A DNA stretch of 64,000 nt. It comes from Amoeboaphelidium protococcarum X5 (lineage: Eukaryota; Fungi; Aphelidiomycota). Each line of letters starts with the position of its first letter. Position 1 is the first letter of the stretch. Position numbers and translations under genes: made by a program. The notes below the pieces were generated by a model. It worked only from the letters and a program-made list of their open reading frames with translations. It made no database searches and was not told the origin of the DNA. Of the stretch, positions 35,823 through 50,830 are shown piece after piece. The DNA lies in NCBI GenBank assembly GCA_023515725.1, contig JALDTO010000098.1:1142164-1206163 (forward strand). Direction: 5' to 3'.

Positions 35823-38800
35823 TCATAAATCAGCAACTTGTTAAAGTACAGATTCGACTTGCTACAATGTTACACTTGAAGGGAGATACTTTTTAGTTCT
35901 TATCTGATTGATCTCTTCCACAATCTTTTCCTTTTGCTTCATTGTCAATGACTGAAATTGCTTCAGCGTTAAAAGATCTACAATGCCAGTGAGTTCATCA
36001 ATTCCATACTTCATCAGCTTTATAAATTCTTGAGGCAGCTACTGACCAGGATCAGCAAATTTATTCTTCACAAGACACAGACAGAGCATAGACAGGAGAG
36101 AGTAATGATCACTATCCAGAGAACGCAATTCACTAATAGCTCCACTCGCGCAACTATAAATTACAGATCTTGGTGGCTATGCTGATTTTTCATCAGAAGC
36201 AGTAGCAGCAGCAGGTTACTCTATAGACGCGACAAAGTTGGAGCCCAAAGAGCCAGCTTATAACGTATTAACCACCTCTCCGGTCATGAATGCAGATTTA
36301 TACACCAAATTATTCTTTTTAGTAGCAGAATCCTATTCCACCTCCATGAAAATAATCATACCATCTTCAGTAGCGACACAAACATTCATAGCATCCAGAA
36401 ATACACAGCAAGTGGTCCAAAGCTTATTGTAATCCTAGGCTACCAAGTCAAGCGTATCCTTCTCCTGATTGTACTTTAGAATTGTCACAGACTTTATCAT
36501 ATCACCAACCAGCACGTACTCACTCTAACAGATATCCAAATTGATAATCATAGAACTTCCTTTGTATTATCCAATAGTTTTCATGGTGATACTTTACTGC
36601 TTTCCACTCTACGCCGACATTTCAATAAGTAACAATCTGCTGTTAACACCAGCCACCAATCTCTGGTCATTAATAGCTCGTACGGAACGTACAGCACCGT
36701 TAACTTTCAGAGATGATAGTAAGCTCAACTTTTTATTCTTGAACTGAACAACATAAATATGACCAAAAGAGCTCTCCAACAAATGCTATTCTACTTAAGA
36801 GACTTCAGTGCCCACAGCAATTAACACCTCACCTGCTGCAGCTTCTTTAATCACACTGACACAATCCAATACTTGACTATCGGCAAACTAATGACTGCAC
36901 ACCAACTTTCCTCCGTTCAAATAGTCCAATACGACCAGCTTACCGCACATTGTAATGATGAACTGAAATGGAGAGTTTTGAGCGCAGGCACTGGATATAA
37001 CATCATAGTGAACGGGATATCTCTGAATATTTAATTGATAACTACCACTTTAAATGCTGGTAATAACACCACTACCGACTGACGCGGGAGGTAATGCATC
37101 TTTCTCAGTGGTCTAGGCATTGAAATCAGCAGAAGTCTTCTAAGTATACATGAACGATGCTCCAGGATAGATCTGATTACTGAAATTGCAGATGGCATGT
37201 ACAGGATCATAATTGAGGCGACTATACGAAAGCTTTTCATCTTAATACTAGATCAGCACTGAGGAGCTACCACCATACGCAACAACGCCTTATTCGATGG
37301 CAGCAAATTATACAGCACCCGAATCAAATTTCAAAGGCTTCTCCTATTCCATCTGATGAGACTCCAGATTCAACTGATACTGATAAACTGTATCATTGAG
37401 AGATAGAAAACATAAAACGGGACCTTCTTCCTTCAACTGGCAGAGAATAGAATGTCTGACCACCTACTAATCACCAAACTCTTTTCTCCAAACTGGCTAT
37501 TAAATATCTTTGATATGGAACAGTTCAAGCAGCCCACGATCCCATCTAGATATAATCATGTAGTCCTTATGCACATACAGAGAAGATATCTAAAAACCTT
37601 TATCCATAGAAGTCGCAAGATGATACTTATCAGGCTATATGTGGAAGATGAGAATACGCCCGTCAGACAGAGCAAGTGCCAAATAGGTCTCGTTACCGCA
37701 GGCATGCATAATTTTGGCACCCTAATCAGCGTACCATATGAATCTTAATCGCTTATCCACAGCAGATACCACCACCATACATTCAGAGGTAACTTAAACC
37801 CACAGTTGTCCATCAGCAAATGATTTCGCAAATAAAGTGGACGACTTCTGACTCTGGAAACCGTCAATATCAACAACTTCAAGCGAAGCCTCTCCACTCG
37901 CAGAATCTTCAACATCCAGGCGAATAAACTTGGTCTCTTCAATAAACGATAAGACCAAGTATTACGATTCCTTAGTCTCAGGATCAATCAAACTGAAAGC
38001 AGATTGTAGATACTCCAAATCAATCTGAGCCACTTCCTTTACTTGAGAACCGAATGACATCACGGCAAGATGTTGAGGACTACCCCAATTGCAAGAGGCA
38101 ACAAGCAGAGGGCGAGATCTATTTTACAACACCAGCTACTGCTCTATTATAGGACCAACATTCACAAGAGCAGACGTGATTTGAACAACCTTTAAATCCT
38201 CTTCCAATCTGATTATGGAAGAATCTTGTACCCAACTGGCAATAAAGAACGATTACTCATCTCCCAATGGAATCATAAACTTGCTAATAGGAACGTGACC
38301 ATCCACATTAACTATAGCAGCTTTACGCTCATCATTAACATCACGTAACAGCTTCACAGATCCCGATCTAGTAACCATCACAATCTGAGCCGCGTCATTA
38401 GCTTAAATCACGCTACTACAGTATACACCCTCACTGTACGGAAGGGAAAACTAAATCTTATTCCAAGTGCAAACAATCAATTATCCTGCAGACGCAACAA
38501 ATACATAATCCTTGATCACGGCGACAAACTTTGTGGTCACTTTAGAAAAAGCTAAAACTTCACCATGTGCAGGTATTGTGAAATTCTTCTGATCCAGCAC
38601 ATACGTTACCATCTGATAGTCATGAAGCAGTGTCTAATTCAAAACATACAACCTTTCATTCTAATACTCAAAGTCATGAACAATTGGGAGCCTCATCTCG
38701 ATGGTGTTCATCTTCAACTATTTAGACATGTCAATCACCACAAGTTTCCTCTTATATACCATAATCAACAGCAAATTGCCGGAAGATCTAAACACAGGGT

Positions 38801-39113
38801 CGCGCATTGGCTGGGCAAAGTTGTCTTGGATGGAAGCACTTTGCACCACCTTGAACGCATCTTTAATAGACAGTAACTCCATGGTGAAGTCTTTGTATAG
38901 AACGTACAGATTAGAGCCATAGCAGTGAATATAGAGAACATGCTTAGACAGAACGTGTTCACCAGTCTGATCCAGAGAGCCACCAGGAAGCTGATACTTG
39001 AACTGACGCAATACTGATCCACTTGCAGTGATGATACAATCTTTACCATATAATGCGGCAGAAACCACCGCACTTGCCTAATTAACACTCTTATTAAGAT
39101 AAAAGTAACTCAT
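35823..39113 (-). CDS. DDB1: DDB1-like triple beta-propeller protein (DDB1/SF3B3/CPSF1 family, closest to DDB1)
   Basis: NVGPII, VLVGDMIKSVTIL..VAQDYNKLW, FMTGEVVNTLQAGSL, SVIYSCASGAI; start and stop in the same frame (1096 aa). Confidence 0.75.
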
Positions 39114-39534
39114 TTTCCACTATTATTATTATGACTTGCAGAACTTAACTGAGTTGGGGAAAAAATAGAATTAACGACTCGATCGCGTTTGAAAAGTCTC
39201 CCAGTTAATTCTTCTTCCCTGTAAAATAGCTGTAGCTTTGTGATGAAACGAGCAATAGGAGCGTACCGTGTGCTAGTTGATATATCCTTTTAGCATAATG
39301 ATTATCATGCCATTTCGCACAGATATGGTATTCTTCATCATCGTTGATGATCCTATCGTTTGATCATATTTTCACTCATCCCAAATGTGTTACCAACAGG
39401 CAAAGTTTGTCGCTTATCAATTGGATTGATACTGTATTCTACTTTTTTATCTTTTCTCCCTTAGACATTGATAAATATAAAATTTAAGGTCTTTATATAA
39501 TAATCCTGGCAATAAAAGTATTGTAGATTAATTA

Positions 39535-42247
39535 ATGACCGTTTCAGGATAGTAGAATTTGTATGGAGGACTGCTTGGTGGAATCAATCCATTAAAGGAG
39601 CCACTGTCTTTACTGATAATTTAGACTCTTCTGATAATCACACTGTTTCGCCTCTCCTAAATGGCTCTGAAACGGATTAGATAGCCGACTGTGTTGGGTC
39701 ACATACTGACAGGCATCCTCATTGGGCCCTCTGTGCTTGGGCAGATTCCAGGATTTCGGGATAGTTTGTTCCCAGATTCTAGTATGCCTCTGCTCAATGT
39801 TATCGCCAACTTTGGACTGATATTCTATCTCTTTATCGTTGGACTGGAGTTGGACTTATCCGCCGTATCTAAGCAGGTAGAGTAGTCTCTGTTTATATCG
39901 ATAGCTGGAATGGTTGTTCCTTTTATGCTTAGTGGAGGTACTGTGTATTTGCTGTGGACCATCTATCTGAGAGACAGAACATCATACGGCACATTGTATT
40001 TATTTACTGGTGTGGCGTTGTCCGTTACATCATCCGCTGTTCTCATGCGTATCATTAATGAGATGCGCCTGTTTGCAACGCAGGTTGGTGTGCTCAGTAA
40101 TACTGCGGCTGCTTTTGATGACGCGGCTGCCTGGGTTGCTCTTGCATTGATGCTGGGAATCTGTGGTTCCAACTCTGCTGTGGACACAGTGTATGTTGTA
40201 ATCTTGGGTGTGGCTTTCGTGTTGTTGATGATTTTCCTTTTGAAACCAATGCTTGAAAGGGTGGTAGCCTCCGGAATAAGTAATGATGGCGCGATAGATC
40301 ATTGGGTATTGGCAGTGATTATGATTGGACTTTTATCGGCAGCCATAACGGCGCATCTTATTGGTGTGGACGTGACTATGGGTGGATTTGTGACTGGTGT
40401 ATGTATTTCTAGAAAGAACAACTTTCACTTGCGTATCACTGAGAAAGTTGAAGATTTCGTTGAAGTTATCTTTCTGCCGTTATACTTTGCATATAGCGGC
40501 TTAAGAACTGATTTTACTCTACTGAATGACCCTGTATCGTGGGGTATGATTCTGCTTCTAATCGCTACTGCTTGTATGGGCAAGATCTTTGGGTGCTTCT
40601 GTGCGGCGCGTTACATCAAATATCCCATGGCGCGAATCTCTGGCTATAGGATTTTTGATGAATTGCAAAGGGCTGGTTGAGTTTTATGCTATAAATTGGG
40701 GCCTCGACTTTAATATAATCGATCAGAAGGTGTTTACGATATTTGTTGTCATGTCTGTTGTTGTTATTCTGATGATCGTGCCGTGTGTATCCTACATATA
40801 TCCACCCACTTATTACAAGAAATACAGCGCTAAAGCAGATGACGCAGAATCTCCTGATGATATTCAACTCTCTACACTGGCCCAGTTTCGGCCCATGTTC
40901 TGCCTCCCCAGCCTTACATATACTCCAACGATGATGAATGTGGCACAATTATTGCATAAAAGGACTTCTTTATTCTTATAACAGTCATTGTCTCAGTCCT
41001 AGTCTAAAGAAGTTGCTGAATCCTTTGAAGTACACGCTCTTAGAATAATAGAAGTATCTGAGAGGAGTTCAAGTTTAATTAAAGCTGCCCAGCTCACACA
41101 GCAGATGGACCAAGATCCCATTCTTAAAGTTTTCCGCACCTTTGCTCTATCAAATGGATATGAATACTTTTAGCATATCTCTATAGCATCCATATAGAAT
41201 GGAGCTAATGATGTTTGCGAGACTGCTTAAGGAAATAATATTGGCACTCTAATTGTACCTTGGGGTAACCCAAAAGAGAAGTTTGCCGACAATATGATTG
41301 AATCAACAGGTAACAATTATCAGCACCATCATAACATGGTCAGAAGTCTTCTAAAGCGATGGAACAAGTCAATGGCTATAGTTATGGATAAGGGGCTGAA
41401 TGCGTTAGATGTTGGAGGTGATTTAAAAATGTTAGTCCCTTTTTTCGGTGGCCCAGATGATAGAGAAGCCTTGAGGTATGCTCGGATGATTGCAGCTAAA
41501 GGCTCAATCAAGATTGATATCCTTCATGTTGTTCAAGTTCACGGTACGTCTCATCTTGCAGGTGATGTCACTGCACAGCCTCGAATCGCTGAACTTGACT
41601 AGAAGATGCTAGATTAGTTTATCGGATTTGATAATGTCTCATATACAAAAGTGCAATGGAGTTGTAAAACTGATACTAATCCTATTGCGACTAGACTTGG
41701 TAGTTAGCATTACATTCTCTCTATAGTTGGTCATGTTGGTTCCAAATGGGCACTGGCCATGTAATAGAATTAGGCACTATTCGATAATGAGTAGACTCTC
41801 AATTTCCAAGAGTTGCGTCAGATTTCTAACATTGTATTCTCAGATACTAGTGGTGTTCCAGTTGAATAGTTTACTGTGCGTGGTCCATCGTAACTTGTCT
41901 CTTATGGAGATGCTCTCTCAGCCAATGACACTATACGGTCAATCAAATCAATTGGCCGAAAAGAGAAGATATCTTAGCTTGCTATGTCGGAGAGTACCAC
42001 CAAGGCGCGATCATCGGTTGACAATATAGATGATCAGGTCAATGGGAAAGTTAAGGCGTAGAAAGTTTATTCTGGTACTGTTTACAATGTATTAGGCGAG
42101 ACTGGCGATTTGATTAATCATTTCGCGCCCAATACTTCCCTCATATCAATAAGAAAGGTGCCGTTTGATAACCTCATGGCAAGTCTGGTATAAGACTATC
42201 ATCTGTCTACTCCTACAGCGGTTGATATACTCAACCAAGTGTAATGA
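39535..42247 (+). pseudogene. CPA2 K+/H+ antiporter (KHA1/CHX-like), copy 1, with a 1-nt insertion at ~40621
   Basis: GILIGPSVLG, FLPLYFAYSGLRTD; ATC AAA T ATC CCA TGG versus ATT AAA ATC CCC TGG in copy 2 shifts the frame before MNCKGLVE. Confidence 0.8.
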
Positions 42248-42577
42248 TTTGGGCCATTGTGATAATTTTGATCAATAAAATCACACATTAATCAATTTAA
42301 TGATTTTTTATCTGAAATTCAAACAAGTATATATCAGTAATAACTTCATCGATGAATTAAAGTCACTGCTATACCAAGGTAATGCATTGCTTAAGTTGTG
42401 AGATCAATGATTGGATAGAGATTAGATTAAATCTGAATCGTTTCGTTTCGTTTCGCAAAAAATTTTAACTTTCTTTTCTTCGCCTCCTTTTAATTATCCT
42501 TGATCAAGAATTGAATTGACATTTTTTTATTTAAACGTTTACAGGGTTAGTCATCAAGCTCTTCATTTCTAAATAAA

Positions 42578-45277
42578 ATGGCTGGCGGTGGATCAGGCGA
42601 AAATCTGCATGGTGGACTTCTTAGTGGAATAAATCCTTTGAAAGAGCCTCTATCTCTACTTATCATCCAGACTTTGATCATCATTATTCTCTGTCGAATC
42701 ACGCAGATCTTTTTGAAGAGACTGAAACAGCCCACAGTGATTAGTCATATACTTGCCGGAATACTCATTGGACCATCTGCATTGGGATAAATACCCGGAT
42801 TTAGGGAAAATTTATTTCCAGACTCCAGCATGCCCTTACTCTTTGTTATCGCTAATTTCGGGCTGGTCTTCTATCTATTTATTGTGGGCCTTGAACTCGA
42901 CCTAACTTTGCTGGCGACGCGTATCAGAAGATCGCTACTTATATCGGTCGCTGGTATGGTGGTCCCTTACATGCTGAGTGGCGGCACGGTGTATCTTTTG
43001 TGGACCATATACCTGGACGACAGTGTCTCTTTTGGAACTTTATTTCTGTTTACTGGCTTGGCTCTCTCCATCACGTCCTTCCCCGTGCTAGTGCGTATCA
43101 TTAATGAAATGCGTCTGTTTATCACGCCGGTCGGTGCCCAGACTGTCACTGCTGCAGCCTTTGATGATGCTGCTGCATGGATTCTGCTTGGACTTGTGCT
43201 AGGAATTGTTGGCTCTGATTCGCCGATACATACCGTGTATATAATTCTGATGGCCATCGCTTTTGTGGCTGCAATGTTTTATTTTGTGAAGCCAATGCTT
43301 GAGCGACTTGTTGTCACAGGCGTGAATAATGACGGCGTTGTGGATCATTGGGTGCTTGCAGTAATAATGATTGTTTTGCTCTCTGCTGCTATGGTTGCCC
43401 ATCTGATTGGCGTTGATCTCACTTTGGGTGGCTTTGTGACTGGTCTGTGCATTTCGCGGAAACATAATTTCCATCTGCACATTACTGAGAAAGTGGAAGA
43501 TTTCGTCGAAGTCATCTTTTTGCCAATTTACTTTGCTTATAGTGGTCTCAGAACGGATTTTACATTGTTAAATGACGCTGTTTCGTGGGGGATGGTTCTG
43601 CTTCTAATTGCCACTGCTTGTATGGGAAAGATATTTGGATGCTTTTGCGCTGCTCGTTACATTAAAATCCCCTGGCGTGAATCTCTGGCTATTGGGTTGC
43701 TGATGAATTGTAAAGGTCTGGTAGAGTTGATCGCTCTCAATTGGGGCTTGGATTTTAATGTCATTGACCGCAAAGTGTTTGCGATATTCATTTTGATGTC
43801 TGTGGTAGTTACTTTGATGATTATGCCGCTAGTATCGCTAATTTATCCTCCAAATTATTACAAAAAGCATTTGGGCAAGAAAGACAATGAATAGTCTGCC
43901 GACAGTATCAACTTATCTATCTAAAATCACTTTAAGCCTATGTTCTGCCTGCCTAGTCTTGCATTTACTCCCACCATCATGAACATAACTCAGTTACTTC
44001 ATCGATAGACGGCCAGGGACAGTGCATTGAAGTCAACTTATGACAGTAATGAATAGTCAAATTCATCATTTGAAGTACATGCTCTTCGTATAGTCGAAGT
44101 TTCTGAGAGAAGTTCAAGTCTGATGAAAGCTGCGTAATTAACACAAGAGTTAGACGAGGACCCGATTCTGAAAGTATTTCGTACTTTTGCGCTGGCCAAC
44201 AATTACCAGTATGACTAACATATATCTATTGCGCCTACCAAAACTGCCCCTAACGAAGTCTGTGAGATTGCAGCTGAACATAACATTAACACACTGGTTG
44301 TGCCTTGGAATAATCCTAAAGAGCAGAATCATGGAGCTTAACAGGACTTATTGGGAAGCTCGTTTCTTCACCATCATCACATGGTTAGGAATCTTTTGAA
44401 AATGTGGAACAAATCTATGGCTATTGTGGTCGATAGAGGCCTAATAGCTGCAGAACTGACGGACAATTTGAGGATATTGGTTCCTTTTTATGGAGGGCCT
44501 GACGACCAGGAGGCTCTCAAATACGCGCTTCTCATGTCTGACAAGGATAAAGTGAAGATTGACGTCCTTCACCTGCTTGAACGGTCGCCTGATAATGTCG
44601 ATCATTTTCATTCATAGCAGCATGTAGTAGATGGTCCAGAGAAAGAGATGCTCGATGTGTTACTTTCCCGTCCTAATGTGGTTTATGAGCAAGTCAATTA
44701 TACTTCTCAGTTAGGCAAACACCCTATAATCGATAGATTGGCGGAAAAGTAATATATATTAGCCATATTCGGTCGCATTGGAGCTAAGTGGGCCCGCACA
44801 ATGAAGTCTTCGCCGGAAAATTACGACTTTGAGGCAACTGTTAGAAGTCATGACCTTCGAAGCATGTCTAATGTCGTATTTTCATCAACCGATGGCCATC
44901 CTGAAGAGTAATTGACCGTGCGTCACCTCTCGCCGTTAAACTACACTAATGATCTTCACGACGCACAAGGCACTGTGAAATCTTTGCGATCCTTGATGCG
45001 AAAAAATAGGTCATCGGCGCTGTAACCTCTTTAGTAGTCTCATGTGGCCAGCCAATTGTCAGTAGATACTATTGACGTGGCCGTTTAAGACCGACAAAGA
45101 TCTCAATTTGCGTACAAGGCGTTCTCTGGCACAGTATTCAATGTACTTGGCGAGACTGGTGATTTGATCTATCATTACGCTCCGAAGACTTCACTTATAG
45201 CTATCAGAAAAGTTCCTTTTGATAACATAATGCAAACACTTCCTTAATAAGCTAACTAAAGTCCTGATGATGAATGA
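42578..45277 (+). CDS. KHA1: CPA2 K+/H+ antiporter (KHA1/CHX-like), copy 2, intact
   Basis: QPTVISHILAGILIGPSALG, SITSFPVLVRI, AAAFDD, LMNCKGLVELI, PFYGGPDDQEAL. Confidence 0.9.
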
Positions 45278-45392
45278 CATTACTATACAAAAAAATTATA
45301 AAAAACATTCAGTTCATGCAGTGATTAAGTTTTATACGTCTTCAACTAAATAAAGTTGTTTGTTCCTTCCAATTCAGATAGCAATATGAAGT

Positions 45393-47092
45393 TCATCCTT
45401 CTACTACTTATGTTTAAAGCTTCCTCATTCGGTACTGTATAGATAACAATTCTGCTGTTAGTGAACCGAAATATGTGATAAGTGGCAATCCTACCAGCAA
45501 ATGACTCATAAACGACACTTTACCATAAAAAGTCTCCGGCTTCATATCACCCAGACCAATGGTAGTTGCAGTCACGTAGACATAGTGGAACGAGTCCAAG
45601 AAGTTCCATGATTCAGCAAGCATCATAGAGACACAGAACACAATCCAGTAGACACTCACAATGATCAGAAGTAGCTCAAATCGACGTATCAAAGCGCGTT
45701 TCAATGCTTGCATCACAATCAACCGACACTGGAACTCGTGCTCATCATTCTAATCCTCCAAAATAGCACCTATCTGATCAACCATAGTCTTTGGTTCCAC
45801 AACAGGCATAGTCATAACAGTCTAGAACCGTTGCCGCAGACTCGGAGTCAGTGGAATCACAAATCTACTTGATGAACTCGGTTACATAGTCAAATCCCTT
45901 CGGTGTCCATTATTATAACATTTCGACTCATTGCGGTGATACTGTTCGTGATAGCGTTGAATTCCAGAGCAGAATGAATCTGTCATTGTCCGAACTCGAT
46001 GTCGCTGCTGAGATTAGATTAGAGAGAAGTAATCGCCACCACGTTCCTCATCAACTTGATCATTAGACTCCAAAGATCTCTCTGCACGTTCATTATTATG
46101 ACCCTGATCTGACAAGGCTTTATTCAAATCACACCTGAAATCCCGTACCCAAGTCGCCTAACCATCAGTAAAATCATCATTAAAATCATCTGCATTCACA
46201 GCGTGTAGTAAAGCCTATCCTTCAACATCCAGACCAGAGTCTACAACGTGCAGCCAAGAATCTAAAAGATCAGTCAGGCGGTACTGAAGTTGACTAGTAA
46301 GATGCATCAACACCACCCTACGAATAGAGTAAATAGATAATCCAAACAGGAGAAGGCCAACCAACGATACAAAATCAAACACTATTCTGGATAAGCCTCC
46401 GCTAGGTGCAATATCCCCATATCCAATCGATGTAAATGATGTCACCAGAAAGTAGACACTGTCAAATGCAGATACTTGCGGTTCAAGCCACAAAGTGAAA
46501 AGTAGACTAGACATTGACAGATACAAAGCAGCGACTGCAATTGTTATCACAAAGAGATCTGTGACGTCTAATTCTTGATCATCTTCAGATTAAATTCCAA
46601 ATGAATTAGCTTTCCGTCTAAGCCATGACAACAAGACTACGCCTATACATTAATACACTAAAGCCACTACAGAAATAAGCGCGCTTACTAAGGTGATGTG
46701 CATCCAAGTGTAAAACTTACCGCTTTAGAATACGGTTTCAGCATCAAACGTTATAATTTGATCTCTGATTAACTTAGAGACAATAGCGGATGTAACACAT
46801 AGTACTACTGTACACTATTAATTGAAAATCCCTATAAAACATGATATGTTCACTGCATACCTTGAAAGATCGATAAAGCGCGAGTTATCAGTAAATGTGT
46901 TGAATTCTGTAAAGAGAATCTCCAGGCAGTCATTATTAATATCACGTTCTAAATAAATGACAGGAGCCAAGCACTAATTGTTAAAGTAATCAGCAAGATA
47001 TCACCATCAAATCCAACGAGAAATGAACCGGCACACAGATACTACACCACCTGAGACATTGGCAATAATACACCGAGCCAAATCACAATCAT
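45393..47092 (-). CDS. Two-pore-domain K+ channel (TOK1-like), one probable intron ~46808-46860
   Basis: Two pore loops (TSIGYGDIAP, TTIGLGDMKP) preceded by several extra N-terminal hydrophobic helices; start codon tentative. Confidence 0.8.
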
Positions 47093-47312
47093 CTCTCTCT
47101 CTCTCTCTCTATTATATTCTGGTCGCGTATATTTAGTCCAAGCTGTTTTTTCAGTCAACCAAAATAGACAAGTGGTCGCTGAGAACGTCAAGAGAAAAAT
47201 ATCCGCGGCGAAATACAAAGAACGTGTAGTAAATAAACTGAGCTGGCACTAAATAAAATACATATAGAAAGTGATATTAAAATAGCATAAAGAGATAGTA
47301 TTGTTCATAATA

Positions 47313-47735
47313 TCACTGTGCCTAGCGTGCCCATATATCAGAGTCGTACTTTTCACGTTCAGCGTGTTCTGCCAGCACTTGCTCAATGAACGGCAAGAGA
47401 TAGCTCTTATCCTACTGCGGAGTCACCCACTAGCTTTCTGGCAGTTCTTTTCTGCACAGACTGTAATGCAGAGCAACTTTCTGTCTCTAATAGCGCCCGT
47501 ACAACACCTCTTTAGGTACACGCTTCAGAGCTTACTGAGTAACATCGTGTTCCTCAATGATGAGATCATCCTTCCATAAGCCAAACTTCTTCCAGCGATT
47601 ATTCTAAATCTTGCGCTTCGCAATCTATTCCAGAAGTCCATTCACACTACCCGGAGCATTCTGCTTTAAAGCATTGCCAACCTTCAAGTATCTAAATATT
47701 CCCTTAAAGTGAAATAAGCTATCGAATTTAGACAT
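47313..47735 (-). CDS. QCR7: Cytochrome bc1 complex subunit 7
   Basis: KKFGLWKDDLIIEEHDVTQQALKRVPKE..R..LPESQW....DKSYLLPFIEQVLAE. Confidence 0.88.
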
Positions 47736-48631
47736 GTTTATCTCTCGACTTTTACTTTTAGTGTGTCGTAATTGATGAGGACGGAAATCTGTCGAGAGCG
47801 AAGAAAGAACGATCAAAGAAGGAAGAACGAGATGAAGCGACGAAGTAAATGTACCAGTTGCTTAAGCAGAGAATGACATCAGAGAGACATACACACGCGA
47901 TAGAGAGTGCACTTGATACAATTCTTAAGACGTATACGCGCTTTTAAATACAACACAAGGAGTTCAAATGAAATTTTATATGTGCTATTTCTAGATATGT
48001 CACACTTTCTTGTGTATGTTTTTAAAACTCTAACAGCCACACTTTTTAGTTTCAAACAGCAAAATTATTGATGGCTGTATTCAAAAAATTTAGAGGTTAT
48101 TATAAACTCTAATCGCGCACATGTCACCAAGTTTCTAGCTTGACTTAAAATGGGCGCAGCAGATAACCTTGCTCTCATCAAAGACGAGTTGATAATTAGC
48201 AGCCACAGATGACACATCTTGATTAAAAAAATCGTGTTTAAGCAGCGAGTCGCCAATATCGTCAGAGTTACGTGATACATCGCAGCGATGAGTACTAAAA
48301 GATACAGAAACACCGTTCTAATGGATACCATAGTCAAGCATGGAAATCTAAGTACTTCCAGGCAACATGAGCTATTAAAACCATACTCACTTTTCTTAAT
48401 CTTATCGAAAATTATCCTTATATCGAAAGCACATTGTCAATCGCAGCAAGCACACCTTGATGCAGATATTTAGCAGACGCTTTCGTTGCAAGGGGCGAAC
48501 CGTTTAGAAAATAAAAACTCAATGTTAGCCGGTAGAAATAATAAAGTACTATAGTGTTAGCATTACAATTGATTTATATTTCTTAAATAGGTATACATTT
48601 TTAATTAGAACAAATGATAGAAGCAAATGGC

Positions 48632-49698
48632 TCAATTTTCAAATTATGAAGAGTTAGTGTCCGAGACAGAGGGAGATGCATCACGAGAGTCCTCTCTGTC
48701 CGAATCGGCATTCTACTAATTCTCTTCATGCTCTTCCTACTATGTTGCTTTTATTGCTTTAGACTCTTTGGACACTTTCTTTGCGGAGCCAGACTTACCA
48801 TCAGACTTCTACTACGCGTTAAGCTGCTTGCGCAAGTCTCTGATATACTAGGCCGCGCGTTTAAGAAGCTCCGCTTTACTCTCACCATGTCTTGTATTGG
48901 CAATAGTCGCATCAACTGGCGGTAGGACGTAGCGCAACTCATTGAAACCATCATTGATCACGGATCTGCGTCGCTGCTCACTCTTGATATGAGCAATACG
49001 TCTTGAGGAGGTGGCAGCTTCACTTGCAGAGGATTTATCATCTTTTACAGGTGACTACTGTTGTTACGCACTAACATGATGAACTTCCTATTAGGCTACT
49101 GCATGCGGATAATGTGCATAAGTAACAGGTTGATATTATGGGTAATTTGAATGTGGGTATGGCTATTACGCGTGTATTTATAGTGCAGGAGCAGGTGCAT
49201 GAGGACTTCTCACTGGATAATCAGGCATCGAGGAAATTGGATGAACTGGATGGCGGCCAGGAACATACATACTATTGCCATGATCAATTGATACGCGTTA
49301 TCGTTTAGGCACGTCCTAAACTACTTATAAAGGTGCACCATAGATACTATTGTGCATGGTATCGCTAACCACCGATAGGCTTCTCTTTCCACGCGCAACA
49401 CCACTCACTGCAGTTGACTAAGGAAAGTGACTATCAGGCACCGCTTCATATATACGAGGCAATGATGTAGGAGTAGGGTATTAGGAGGTATTATGAGCAG
49501 ATGTACCATGACTTGTGCTAACAGATGGTAATCCGTGATCAGCAACGTGTTGAATGGGTTTAACAGCATTCTCACACGGTATACCATCAGCTGTTTCAGG
49601 ATTGTTTGAGCTACACGCACGTAAATCGAGTCATGTAATAAATCGAATAACAACGCGCTGTATAATTCTTACCTTGTCATCATCTTTCTGATATCCAT
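48632..49698 (-). CDS. bHLH(-ZIP) transcription factor, Max/Mlx-like basic region; one 5' intron
   Basis: RRIAHIKSEQRRRSVINDGFNELRYVLP...ESKAELLKRAAQYIRDLRKQ; intron GTAAGA..GTGTAG. Confidence 0.85.
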
Positions 49699-50092
49699 AG
49701 TGAGGTATAATATTGTAATAATTTTGGTATTTGTATCAGCTTTTCGAGAAATGAAACAATGAGATAGGGATGGTGGTCACCAGATTTGGTGGCACCCAAA
49801 ATCTCGACCAATAATGTCTTTAGCGGAGATCAATCAGGATGATGTGATTAGTCGATTGAAGTCTGCAGAAGAATCGATGTTACATCAATAGATGATATTC
49901 TCTTTTTGTCGGACACAAGTGCTACTGTTATCACTGAATACGGTATGGGAGATGAAGTTGATCTTTGTGTTGTACTAATGCACAAGAATTTTTCGTCTTC
50001 ACAAGTCTTTGCTTTGTGAAACTTTGCCCATTCAAAGAACCGACTTTAAATTTTTGAATTTTAATAGCACTATATATCTTTTGAGAATTAGA

Positions 50093-50830
50093 ATGATGAA
50101 TAAGGGGAATAATAATGATAACGTTGTAAGCTCTCCCTTGGTAAGTCCGGGAAATGATACAATGTAGTTGGCACTACTAAGTTAGGCTTTCCAGACAAGG
50201 TTGGAGCAGCTGTAGGAGGCCAGCAACAAAATCATTAATGGAGAGTTTGAGCAGTTTGAACTGTAATAATAGCGCGTTAAGTCTATAGCGGATTAAGCAA
50301 ATTAGCTTTTAAGTTGTAATTATTAATTGGTAGAGAAGAGTAATGAAAGAGTGCCTTATTTTGACGAGCAGGGCGGTGTAATCGGAAGATCTGTGAAGGA
50401 TATTGCGCAAAGTGTTAGTTCATGGCACGACAAAATCGATTCTCTTATCTAGTAAAAGATCTCAATAGCGTCATAAAAGCAACAACTTATAGTATTACTT
50501 AAGATGCATGATGATTTGGCAGAGATTTCGAGTCTACTCACTGATGTCAAGTCATTGAAAGATGAGGATCTCTGGTCCCTGGAGTAATTAGACGCCTGCA
50601 GTAAAATGCTTGCATAGTGGCACTTATCTTATACCAGTAATGCAAAATATTAAAATTGGGCATTTGTGCGGTAATCTCAATCATTTATTGATCAAGCATT
50701 GCAGACTGTGCTCGCATAACTGGAGCGAAGTTTATAGAGTGCTTTAAAACTGTCTGTTTCAAGCGGAGATTTGAACAGAATACTCGACTGCTGCATGACA
50801 TTATCGCGTCAATTTGATTCTTAATAATGA
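50093..50830 (+). CDS. COG2 N-terminal portion (coiled-coil), apparently a separate ORF
   Basis: LEQLQEASNKIINGEFEQF resembles the COG2 LINxDYxDF motif; ends TAA TAA TGA at 50822-50830 followed by AT-rich sequence. Confidence 0.55.

Noticed and set aside
47830-48600. Possible gene between QCR7 and the bHLH factor
   Set aside because: The frames I checked are interrupted by TGA and show no motif; treated as intergenic or decayed.
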